Positions 17,747 to 26,819 of a stretch of DNA of 64,000 nt are shown piece by piece. This stretch comes from Abditibacterium sp. GTDB taxonomy: Bacteria > Armatimonadota > Abditibacteriia > Abditibacteriales > Abditibacteriaceae. The number at the start of each line of letters is the position of its first letter. The first letter of the stretch is position 1. The position numbers were made by a program, and so were the translations under genes. Location: positions 384,001 through 448,000 of the forward strand of contig OZ251992.1 of NCBI GenBank assembly GCA_965246885.1, written 5' to 3'. The notes beneath the pieces are model-generated. The model saw nothing but the letters and a program-made list of their open reading frames with translations, was not told the origin of the DNA and made no database searches.

Positions 17747-18718
17747 TTAAACGGCGCTTCGCATGGACGGCAAAGCCATATCCGCTTCAGAGGGGGCCGA
17801 TGCGGACGGAGTGGCAGGCGCGGCGCGCGGCGGGGTGTTGGCGGCAACCGGGTCGAATTCGGGGCGCACGTTTTCGGGTAGCTTGGTGGCTTTGTCCATG
17901 TGCGCGGTTTGCAACTGGGCGACGGTGAGGCCCGACGCGCCAGTGAGGTCGGCGCCTTCAAGGTGTGCGCCATCCAAAACAGCGCCCGCCATATGAGCCT
18001 TCCACAGCCACGCGCCGCGCAAATCGGCGCTTTGCAACACGGCGCCTTCGAGGTTGGCCTCGTAAAGCTGCGCGTTTTCGAGGTTGGCGAAGGGCGCATA
18101 CACGCGGGCGAGGGCCACGCCGTGCAAATCGAGGCGGCTGTCGGGCGCATCGAAAGCGCGGGTGCGGCGCCCAATGACAGTCAAAATCGCTTGCACGTCG
18201 GCACCGGGGCGGGCGGGCGCGATGTCCTCCTCGCGCCAAGGCGCGCGCGAACGGGCGAAAGCGGCGAGGACTTCCATGACCGGCCCGTGATCGGCTTTGG
18301 ACTCGCGCGCCAAACGTTCGAGCGCGTAAATGCCGCCCAAGCGCACTTCGAGCGACTCGTGCCCCAACAAGGCCATCGCCCCGGCGTAGCGCGCCGTTTC
18401 GCCCGCTTGGGCCGCGAAAAAAGAGGCGCGCTCGGACGCGGCTTGCGTCGCGCTGCTTTGTTCCAAGACATGGCTCATCAGGCGCAAGTTGTGGCTCAGT
18501 TGCACCGCGCACCACGCGAAGACACCCGCGAGAAGAGAAAGGGCAAAAGCGCCGCGCCACTGCGCTTCCAAGGAGAACTTCGTCGCAGGAGCGACGGGCA
18601 AGCCATGCACCGCGACCGACGGCCCGCCCAAAAAGAGGGCGACGATGATGGCCACCGCAACGACCGCGCGAATGGGAAAGGGCGCGGGTGTGTTGGCGTC
18701 GGGGGGTGCGGACTGCAT
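17747..18718 (-). CDS. Membrane-anchored pentapeptide repeat protein
   Basis: Two N-terminal TM helices, RLGGIYALERLA...VMEVLAAFAR...ADVQAILTVIGRR segment, then pentapeptide repeats. Start could be 18778. Confidence 0.82.
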   Translation of the reverse strand: MQSAPPDANTPAPFPIRAVVAVAIIVALFLGGPSVAVHGLPVAPATKFSLEAQWRGAFALSLLAGVFAWCAVQLSHNLRLMSHVLEQSSATQAASERASFFAAQAGETARYAGAMALLGHESLEVRLGGIYALERLARESKADHGPVMEVLAAFARSRAPWREEDIAPARPGADVQAILTVIGRRTRAFDAPDSRLDLHGVALARVYAPFANLENAQLYEANLEGAVLQSADLRGAWLWKAHMAGAVLDGAHLEGADLTGASGLTVAQLQTAHMDKATKLPENVRPEFDPVAANTPPRAAPATPSASAPSEADMALPSMRSAV

Positions 18719-18928
18719 GGAAACAAAGGAAATAGCGGCTTCGCCGTTGGCATCCGGCGAGGGGGAAGCGAGCGGCATGCCCTTGGGTTTTCCTTGAAAA
18801 CCGGACGCGCACCCATAAAAAGCGGAGCCAAGTCCCCTGAAAAGTTCCGTAGGCAAGGGGAAGCAAACACCGATTTCGCCGTTTTCTAAGAGGTTGCCGA
18901 CAAAAGGCGCGGCGTTTCGCCAAAGCAA

Positions 18929-18956
18929 AGCGCCCGCTTCAGGGGAAGCGGGCGCT
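18929..18956 (-). terminator. Probable intrinsic terminator downstream of the response regulator
   Basis: AGCGCCCGCTTC-AGGG-GAAGCGGGCGCT 12-bp stem; the minus strand continues TTGCTTT. Confidence 0.6.
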
Positions 18957-19003
18957 GGGAGTTGGGTTGCTGTTTCGGCGCGCGACGAAGCGGCGCCGTT
19001 TGG

Positions 19004-19717
19004 TTAGTCCACGACTTTGAAACCTAAACCCCGGTCGGTGACGATGAAGCGCGGCGAGGAGGGCGACGGCTCGACTTTCTCGCGCAAGCGGTGGATGTAG
19101 GCGCCGAGGTTGGAAGGGTTGATTTTGGTGCCTTCACCAAAGGCCTCGTCCACGAGTTGTTGGCGGCTCATCATCACGTTCTTGCGGGCCATGAGCGCGC
19201 GGAGCAGGGCGAACTCGCGCTTGGTGAGCGAGATGGGGCGGATTTCGCCGTTCTCCAAGCGCATGTAGACCTCGCGGCGGTCAGCGTTGAGGAAGATGGG
19301 GCCAGCGCGCAGGGCGACGGCGCGCGACGGCGCTTCGGCCCCTTTGCCTTTGAGCATGGCGATGTGCAAACGCGCGCCCAACTCGGCGGTGCGGACGGGC
19401 TTGACCAGAAAGTCGTCGGCGCCCACTTCGACTGCCGCGACCGCTTCGCTCTCGTCGCCGCGCTGGGTCAGGACGATGATGGGCGCGCTCGTCGCGTAGT
19501 CGCCTTGAGCGCGCATGGTGCGCAGCAAGTTCTCACCGACGCCCTCGCCGTTGATGTTCATCAAGATGGCGTCGGGCCGGGCTTCGCGCAACTTGTCGAG
19601 GGCGCCCTGTTCCGAAGTGGCCAGCGACGACTCGAAGCCGACTTCTTTGAGTTGTCCCGCGATGCCCTGAAGGGCGGTCTTGTCGTTTCCTACGACTAAA
19701 ATATGTTTGATCTTCAT
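19004..19717 (-). CDS. OmpR/PhoB-family response regulator with an atypical receiver
   Basis: REC fold with GADDFLVKP and a C-terminal winged helix (LTKREFALL...YIHRLREKVE...IVTDRGLGFK). Confidence 0.88.
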   Translation of the reverse strand: MKIKHILVVGNDKTALQGIAGQLKEVGFESSLATSEQGALDKLREARPDAILMNINGEGVGENLLRTMRAQGDYATSAPIIVLTQRGDESEAVAAVEVGADDFLVKPVRTAELGARLHIAMLKGKGAEAPSRAVALRAGPIFLNADRREVYMRLENGEIRPISLTKREFALLRALMARKNVMMSRQQLVDEAFGEGTKINPSNLGAYIHRLREKVEPSPSSPRFIVTDRGLGFKVVD

Positions 19718-20144
19718 AACGGGGTTTCCGTGTTTGTGGCGGACGCCGTGCGTGTGCACGGCGTCCGCGCCCCTTCTTGAACCCTGACAGGACTTGCCAA
19801 AGCCAAGAGAGATGATAGTTCGGAGCGAGCTTCTAACGATCCGGGTCGCCGAGGCGTTGCACTCCTTCTCCTTTCAAGTGTTAAGCCAATGACGCTGTCT
19901 TAATCCTTGGAAAGCTCCTCTTTTCGGGAAAAAGTGTTGCATTTTTTACTTTCGCCCCGCCAACAGTCGCCCTCTCCCACTAAATCACTTTTGTGGAGTG
20001 TGATAGAAACGCGCGGAAGCCGCCTGAGATTTCCAATAGCTTTCGCACGATGGGTGTGGAGATTTGCGAGGAATAGGCGAGCGGTTGGACAGTCCGGCCC
20101 GCCAGTGCCACCGCGCGCAGCAGTGCTTTTACACTATTCTTGTT

Positions 20145-20597
20145 TTGCCCGTCCTCAAGAAACCCCTGTCCCCGCGCCGCGACGAGATTTTCCAGCCGCT
20201 CGACAAGCCGCGTTACCTTCTCAACGGCGACCGCTTCCCCGATCTGTACACTCTCCTCGAAACCCCGCGCGACGCGACGCGGCGCGCACTCGAAGAGGCC
20301 ATCGTCGAGGCCACCTCGCAACTGCTCGCAGTCAACTTTTCGCGCGGCATGACGCCCCGCCTACGCCTCGTCGAACGTTTTACACCTGATTTCCGCCTGC
20401 TTCTGCTCGACCCCAAGCGCCGCGCGCGCTACGATGCCCTGCTCCTCGCCCACGAACGCGGCGACCAGACCGCCCCACCCTACGCCGCCTTTCTCGCGGG
20501 TGAAGAAGGCGAATCCCTCCTCCAACGCGCCCGTCGCCGCGCCAAAACCGTCGGCGAGCGCCTCGTGGTAACGTGGCGCGATTCGCCATATATTTAA
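20145..20597 (+). CDS. Hypothetical protein with J-domain-like segments
   Basis: FPDLYTLLE...ATRRALEEAI...LLDPKRRARYD resembles J-domain helices but has no HPD. TTG start is uncertain. Confidence 0.55.
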   Translation: MPVLKKPLSPRRDEIFQPLDKPRYLLNGDRFPDLYTLLETPRDATRRALEEAIVEATSQLLAVNFSRGMTPRLRLVERFTPDFRLLLLDPKRRARYDALLLAHERGDQTAPPYAAFLAGEEGESLLQRARRRAKTVGERLVVTWRDSPYI

Positions 20598-20605
20598 AGC
20601 AGATT

Positions 20606-21502
20606 ATGTCCAACTCCTCCCTCTTGCTCCTCTACGCAGTGGCGAATCTGGCTGGGTTTTGGCACACAGGCAAGGCAAGCGCTCAAACCCGCGATTCACC
20701 CGGCGGCCTTGGATACGACTCCGGTTTGGGCGCGCGCATTAGCGCCATGTGGCCCCTTGGACAGCAGCAGGAAGGCAATTCCAAATACTTCGTCATCTGG
20801 CGCGGCAAACCAACTGCCTTTCCGCTTTACGTCGAGGCGGGTTGGAATGGCGGTTCGGTTCGTCCCAACGAGCCTAACATCCGCGTGCGAGTGCGCGCCT
20901 TCGGCGAAAAAGGGCGACCAGCCGGACAAATCAACGGGCCGGGAGCAAGCGACGATACCTTTCTCACGAAAAAGACTTGCACTTTCACGCCACCCAAACC
21001 GGGCATTTACAAACTTACTTTAGAATGGTTGGATGTTAGTGGTCACGTATTGCCTCAGTGGGATCCCAAGCCCAAAGGTCGTCAGATGCTGAGCAACGAC
21101 AGCACCCTCGCGCGCACCATGACGCTCTGCGTGTATCAAGTGCCGCGCCCGCAGGCCATCGTCATTTTGGGTGGTTGGCAAGCTGTGCCCGGCGAGACCG
21201 ACCTTTACAAGCGGTCAATTGGCATCAATTGGAACAACCCTCGCACAACGCCTCCGGGTTACTCCTATTATGTGGCCAGAACCGACGTGCCCAAGCAACG
21301 CGCGGTCAAATTGCGTGTTGCCCCCGTCTTCCCGGTTAAGGGATTGGACAAAGTGTCGTGGCTGTCCGCATCCGTCGTGAACGTTAATATGATGTTTGGC
21401 TACCAAAACGATGTGGCCACTCAATTCTTCCGCTACTTCCCACTCCGCGATACGCCGCGCGATTTGGACTCCTACCGCGTCAAAGTTCAGGTGCTACCGT
21501 GA
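20606..21502 (+). CDS. Hypothetical exported protein
   Basis: 298 aa ORF with a signal-peptide-like N-terminus (LLLLYAVANLAG...ASAQ); stop overlaps the next start (GTGA). Confidence 0.6.
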   Translation: MSNSSLLLLYAVANLAGFWHTGKASAQTRDSPGGLGYDSGLGARISAMWPLGQQQEGNSKYFVIWRGKPTAFPLYVEAGWNGGSVRPNEPNIRVRVRAFGEKGRPAGQINGPGASDDTFLTKKTCTFTPPKPGIYKLTLEWLDVSGHVLPQWDPKPKGRQMLSNDSTLARTMTLCVYQVPRPQAIVILGGWQAVPGETDLYKRSIGINWNNPRTTPPGYSYYVARTDVPKQRAVKLRVAPVFPVKGLDKVSWLSASVVNVNMMFGYQNDVATQFFRYFPLRDTPRDLDSYRVKVQVLP

Positions 21503-22608
21503 GACAACCTTTATCGGGCGCCGAAAAGAGTTTGGGGGGTGCACTCGCGCTGCTTTTTGTGGCGGTGGGCACGTTTTTGGTGTGGAAGAAGGCGTCGTCT
21601 CCGCTTCTGGTGGGAACATTGCTGCCCGTGACGAGCGCCCAATTTCTGGCCGATGACAGGATTTTGGTCGTGACACAGTCGCCCTCTGGCCCGTTTCCAG
21701 TTGTGGCCGTAACGCACACGGATGGCGCCCAAACAAGTGTGTCGCGGGTGTGGGATTCGCAGATCAATGTTTATAGCTCGCCCGTCTCAGCCGATGGCCG
21801 ATGGTGGTTGGTGCGCGATTACAACTTCCGCAACCCGACCATCTCGCTTTTCGATTTGAACTCGCTCATACAGGTTCGCACTTTTACAGGAGATGGGTCG
21901 TGGCTGGATTCACGTCATTTTGAGATAGCGACGAAGGGCGTCGCGCAAACATGGGGCATCTCCAAACAGGGCGGCCTATCCTTGCAAAGTCAACATATAT
22001 TTTCCCGGCCCACCCTGCGACAACCTTCTCCCGATGGCAAAGCCGCGCTTCGCGTGGTCGAACAGAAGAAACGCGTGCTGGAAACGGACACGAACTCGTC
22101 TACTTATTCCTTGGTGCCGCGCGACTATCTGCGCTCACAAACCACCGTAGTCGCGGTTCCGGGTGGCAAACCGATTGGCGCCTTGTCCGGGGACTCATGG
22201 CGCTCGCTGTCATGGCGTGAAGGCGGCAAGCAACTTTGGGGGCTGGCTTTTGTGGACGGTGTGTTTCCCGGTCGCGGCGACATTATGCGCTTCGACCTCG
22301 CCACGTGCCGTAGCACCGCCACGCGCTTGGAAATGCCGGAGAACGTGTTGCGCTCTTACTCCTTGTCCTACTTAGAGTTCCGCTTTTCGGGCGATGGGCG
22401 GATTTTGGTGGCGTCAACTCTTGATGGCGCCCTGCTTGTGTGGGGCGCGGCGGACGGGCATTTTCTCCGGCTCCTTCCTTCGCCAAACGACCGCTTTTAC
22501 CGGACGCTTGGCCCTCCGCAAATCTCCGCCGACAGCCGTTTGCTCTTGCGCCCCACCCCACAAGGCGTCGAAATCTACCGCACCGAACAGTTTTTACCCC
22601 GTCGTTGA
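21499..22608 (+). CDS. Membrane-anchored WD40-like beta-propeller protein
   Basis: N-terminal TM; SADGRW, SPDGK, FSGDGRILVAS..DG.LLVWGAADGHFLR and ISADSRLL blade motifs. Confidence 0.65.
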   Translation: MRQPLSGAEKSLGGALALLFVAVGTFLVWKKASSPLLVGTLLPVTSAQFLADDRILVVTQSPSGPFPVVAVTHTDGAQTSVSRVWDSQINVYSSPVSADGRWWLVRDYNFRNPTISLFDLNSLIQVRTFTGDGSWLDSRHFEIATKGVAQTWGISKQGGLSLQSQHIFSRPTLRQPSPDGKAALRVVEQKKRVLETDTNSSTYSLVPRDYLRSQTTVVAVPGGKPIGALSGDSWRSLSWREGGKQLWGLAFVDGVFPGRGDIMRFDLATCRSTATRLEMPENVLRSYSLSYLEFRFSGDGRILVASTLDGALLVWGAADGHFLRLLPSPNDRFYRTLGPPQISADSRLLLRPTPQGVEIYRTEQFLPRR

Positions 22609-22695
22609 AAGAGCACCCAAATTTTTTTCGTTCTTTTCTCCTATTGTTCGCGTCTTCTATTCCCGCGTTCCGGTTTCCGGCTCCCGCTTTCGACA

Positions 22696-23967
22696 ATGGC
22701 TAATCCCCTCCGCGATTTTTTCTTTGGCACTCTCTCCGGCCAAACGGTTCCGAAAAAGGAATTGACCGATGCGCTCACGCCGCGCCGCTCTTTTGCCGAC
22801 GTCATTCTGCCCGCTTCGACGCGCCAGCAGCTCGAATACGCGCTCGTGCAAATCAAGAAGTCCGACCTCATCTTCGGCACGTGGGGCTTGGGCGAGCGGC
22901 ACGCGACGGGCCTTGCGCTCGCCTTCAACTTCGCGGGGCCGCCGGGAACGGGCAAAACGATTTGCGCCGAAGCCGTCGCCTTTGAAGTCGGCAAGCGCCT
23001 CCTTGTTGTGCGCTACGCCGAAATGGAATCTCTTTGGGCGGGCGAAACCTCAAAAAACGTCTCGGCAGTGTTCCGGCTCGCCAAAGAAACCGACGCCGTT
23101 TTGTTTTTCGATGAGGCCGACGCCATCGCCACGCGCCGTTTTGGAAGCGTGACGCAGGGCTACCAGCGCGAAGCGAACGCGGTCGTCAACGTCCTGCTCA
23201 AGGAATTGGAAGAGTTCGACGGCGTGGTGATTTTCGCCACCAACCTCGCGCAGAACTTCGATCCGGCCTTCGAGCGCCGCATCCGCACCCACATTCTCTT
23301 CGAGATGCCCGACGCGACGGCGCGCGAGAACATCTGGCGCGTCCAACTGCACGCCCGCAAGACGCCCCTCGCCGACGACGTGAACTTCAAAGCCCTCGCC
23401 GAAAAGTACGACGTGGCGGGCGGCGACATCAAAAACGCCGTCCTCAAGGCCGCGCAAATGGCGAGTGCCGAACCCGTGCCAGACGCCGAGAAGAAGATAC
23501 AGCAACGCCACTTCATCGCGGGAATCGAGGAAGTGCTCAAGTCCAAGACCGTGATGGAGCAGTCCATCGTGGACGGCGACGGCTCCAATCGCGGCCCGAT
23601 GGACGCCGGAACGATGAGCCAAATCTCGACCGCGTTTTCGCAACTCGCCACCAATCAAAGCGCGATGGGCGATGACCTGCACGCCCTGACGGAGCGCTCC
23701 GGGGCCATCGAAGCGCAGTTCTCCGCTCTCCCGGAACTCTTTCAAAACTGGGAAGCCGCCCAAAACGCTGCCCGCGCCGCCCTCCGCGAGGACTTCGTGG
23801 GGCAATTAGAACGCTCCGGCGCCCATGCCATCGAACTGCGCACCGACCTCGCCCGCTCCGACGAGCGCCTGAGCGCTGCCCTCGCGCAAACCAAGCTCGC
23901 GTTTGCCGTTGGCATCGTGGGCATCCTCACCGGAATCATCGGCATCATCGTCGCCTTCATGCGGTGA
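22696..23967 (+). CDS. AAA+ ATPase with C-terminal coiled coil and TM anchor
   Basis: Walker A GPPGTGKT, Walker B VLFFDEAD, ATN...DPAFERRI arginine finger, GGDIKN; hydrophobic C-terminus. Confidence 0.9.
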   Translation: MANPLRDFFFGTLSGQTVPKKELTDALTPRRSFADVILPASTRQQLEYALVQIKKSDLIFGTWGLGERHATGLALAFNFAGPPGTGKTICAEAVAFEVGKRLLVVRYAEMESLWAGETSKNVSAVFRLAKETDAVLFFDEADAIATRRFGSVTQGYQREANAVVNVLLKELEEFDGVVIFATNLAQNFDPAFERRIRTHILFEMPDATARENIWRVQLHARKTPLADDVNFKALAEKYDVAGGDIKNAVLKAAQMASAEPVPDAEKKIQQRHFIAGIEEVLKSKTVMEQSIVDGDGSNRGPMDAGTMSQISTAFSQLATNQSAMGDDLHALTERSGAIEAQFSALPELFQNWEAAQNAARAALREDFVGQLERSGAHAIELRTDLARSDERLSAALAQTKLAFAVGIVGILTGIIGIIVAFMR

Positions 23968-24108
23968 GGCCCCGAAAAAGAACGCGCCCATACATCTCGT
24001 GAAAACTCTGGCATTGGCTATAATCTGCTTATCGTTTCTCGCGGGTGAGTTCGCGCGGCAGCCCAAAGGGAGCGATGGGCGTGGTAATTGGAGAGGAGAC
24101 AAACCGAT

Positions 24109-25769
24109 ATGCACAGAAAAATCACAATGGGGGGGGGCAATCTAAGCTGCTCTGCTTGTTCGCCGCTTTATGCGCTGGAGTTCCAACCGCCGCTCACGCG
24201 GGGTCTTATACGGTCAAATATACGGGTGGAGGCGCCACATGCCAGCAAAATCCGCCAGCGTATGTGACTGTCCCGGCCTCCTTGGACGGCAATGGCTACT
24301 ATGGTTCCATTGGTGGGGCATCAGATGGTTCGGCCAAATGTGCGGGCACCATGACGGCCACCTTCACATGGAAGCCCGTTGATATAAACGATTCGCCACC
24401 GACAAATGTTGTCATCGCCGAAGAGGAACAAACATCTGCGAGTTACTACAGACGCGGTAGGACAGGGCCGATAAATGTGCCCGTCGTCAATGATCTGGGC
24501 TTCACTTCCACCGTCACCACATCCGTGACCACATCTACAGCCACAGCGAATGGCACGCGCTACTAGACAGTGTCGAATCCCGGCGCCAGCTTTTCGGTTA
24601 ACGTTTCTCCTGCCGCCACAGTTGACGGCCAAGGTCTTGGCGGAACTGGTCAGGCACAAATTGCTTACAAAGCCACCGCGACCCCGTTGGAAATCGTCTT
24701 GACCGGCGGGATTGGAGCGAAAGGCCAAAAGAGGTTTCTCATCGGCCAGCAAGTGAGCGCCTCGATCAACTCTGGCAGTGTCCCCATCCTCCTCAACAGT
24801 TACAATTGGAGCGCGGATAATGGCTCGCCGTTCAGCACCTACAACGTGGTGTGGAAAGATGCATCCTCGCCCACATCGGCGACATTTGTTCCTTTGGGCG
24901 CGCAGACGCAACCCACCACGACGTTCTACTTCAAGCAAGTCCCGGCGGGCAGCGACAACACAAAAGGTGTACTGGCGAATGTCTCCACGCCAGTGAAGTT
25001 ATTTGTGCCCCCAGGAGCATTGCCCGCCGGGGGGTTGACGACGACCTTGACATGTCCCTGCACGATTGATTTCCCAACCAAAACGCTCGATGTCCACTGC
25101 GGCACCCTCCAGCCTCTGCCCAACGCCACCAATCCACAGGCATTGGGGCTTGCTGGCGTCACGACCCCAGCTGATATCACCACGCCTACACCAATCCCCT
25201 GTGGCATCTACTGGCGTGGAAAGGTCACGACGCCGATGGTCGGGGCTACTGACGGTTATCCTACAGGCGCCGGTTGGAACGTGACCCAGCTCGTAAAAGT
25301 GGCGCTTTTGCGCACAGAGAAAGGCGTCGCACAGGATGCGCCTGCCAATGATCTCAAAGACCTCGCTTTAGACGGCACATTTGGTTATGGGCCTACCTAT
25401 CCCAGTCTTTACCCTGCCGACGGACAATATCCTTGGGGGAGTCAGGACATCGCCAGCGTAGCCCCCATTGATGCAGATACGACGGCTATTTCGCTCAACG
25501 ACGGCTTCTTCGACTACATGATGTATTTGCCGCCCGGAAATGGCAGTTGCTTCGTGCCGCTAAGCAAGTTCAAGTGGTTTTGCACAGGTCAGGCGCAACT
25601 CGTCAAAGGTTCTCCAAGCGTTTGGCAATACAACATACCCACTCCAAGCGCCGGATGGTCATCGGAAGGAGAGTATCCAGATCACCCGCAGTGGACAACC
25701 AACGTGGCCAATGTGCCCACCGTGGGCCAAGGCTTGCAGTGGAGGACAAAACCCACACCCCCGCAGTAG
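24109..25769 (+). pseudogene. Large secreted beta-rich protein interrupted by a G9 frameshift and an in-frame TAG (pseudogene or phase-variable gene)
   Basis: RBS GAGAGGAG then ATG 24109. The signal peptide (KLLCLFAALCAGVPTAAHA-GSY) is in another frame after G9 at 24129-24137. TAG at 24564-24566 separates two same-frame ORFs. Confidence 0.7.
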
Positions 25770-25781
25770 AAAAGGACGACT

Positions 25782-26621
25782 ATGCAACCCATAAACAAAA
25801 CTCTCGGTGTAGGCGCTGCGATGATGGTCGCTCTCACCCTCGCGCGCTTGGCTTGTGCCCAAGGGCAAGTCGCGCCCGCACCGCCCAACAACGGTGTCGG
25901 TACCAACGCGACGCTGGGCGGCCCAAACGCGGAGTTCGGGAAGGTGATGGACGCCATATACAAACGCATCGGTGACGCCGACGCCAAAGCGCAAAAGCTT
26001 TTAGAGGCGGGGCATTTGGCCGAAGCAGAGCAAGCGTGCTACGAGGCACTGGCGATCAACCCCAAATATCCTTACATAGAATCACAGCAACTGTTGGGCG
26101 ACGTTTACCGCGAGCAGGGACGCTACAAGGAGGCCATCGAGATGTATCAGAAGTCGCTCACACACGGCGAGGGCGACGATGCCGTGCCGCTCTACTTCGC
26201 GTGGTGCTACCTCAAGATGGGCGACCTGCCCAGCGCCCGCAAGTTCTACTCACCTAAGCAACAAGCTCTTGTCGTGGGCAAGAGGGATCAGGCCGCCTAT
26301 TTGGGGATGCTGCCGGGCGACAAAACCGCCAAGCAGATGGAGATCAGCCTCATTTTGGCGCTGGGAGGACACAGAGACGCACATGGCGAACGCCTCTGGA
26401 AAAAAGTGCTGGTCTTGGCGCCTCAGAACGCGTTGGCCGCATGGTGGATCGCAAACGACTTGGATTTTCTCGGCAAGCGCGACGAAGCGGCGCCTTATTG
26501 GGCACGCGCGGCGGTCTTCGGCAGGGGCTTCGTCGCCCGCGAGGGGCGTATCGAAGTCCGTAATCACCTGATGCCCGACAAAGCGGCGCAAGCCCTACGC
26601 GACGCCAAGCGGATTCGGTAG
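25782..26621 (+). CDS. Exported tetratricopeptide repeat protein
   Basis: Signal peptide (ACA-Q); TPR consensus EALAINPKY...LGDVYREQGRYKEAIEMYQKSL; RBS AAGGA upstream. Confidence 0.8.
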   Translation: MQPINKTLGVGAAMMVALTLARLACAQGQVAPAPPNNGVGTNATLGGPNAEFGKVMDAIYKRIGDADAKAQKLLEAGHLAEAEQACYEALAINPKYPYIESQQLLGDVYREQGRYKEAIEMYQKSLTHGEGDDAVPLYFAWCYLKMGDLPSARKFYSPKQQALVVGKRDQAAYLGMLPGDKTAKQMEISLILALGGHRDAHGERLWKKVLVLAPQNALAAWWIANDLDFLGKRDEAAPYWARAAVFGRGFVAREGRIEVRNHLMPDKAAQALRDAKRIR

Positions 26622-26645
26622 GGGTTCGTCGTTTTCCCTTCGCCT

Positions 26646-26791
26646 GGGCGGGGATATAAAATCCCCGGCATCCGGGCGCAAGCGCCCAAGCGTCCTGCCG
26701 GACGCGCCACATCGGTAATGTGCCATGTGGCAGCGCGTTCGGAGAACGCTTGGCGAAGCCGGATGCCGGGGATTTCATATCCCCGACGCCC
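26646..26791. repeat. REP/MITE-like palindromic element (family B)
   Basis: Arms GGGGATATAAAATCCCCGGCATCCGG ... CCGGATGCCGGGGATTTCATATCCCC, each with an internal hairpin, between convergent genes. Confidence 0.75.
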
Positions 26792-26819
26792 TCACGGGCG
26801 CATTCCAAACATCATTCTC

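Noticed and set aside
19876..20140. Riboswitch or ncRNA in the AT-rich intergenic region
   Set aside because: No recognisable aptamer consensus; most simply explained as divergent promoters.
24564..24566. Genome-wide amber recoding (pyrrolysine or stop reassignment)
   Set aside because: TAG ends several intact genes at their expected C-termini (e.g. pepF, the ABC ATPase), and no pyl genes or suppressor tRNA are present.
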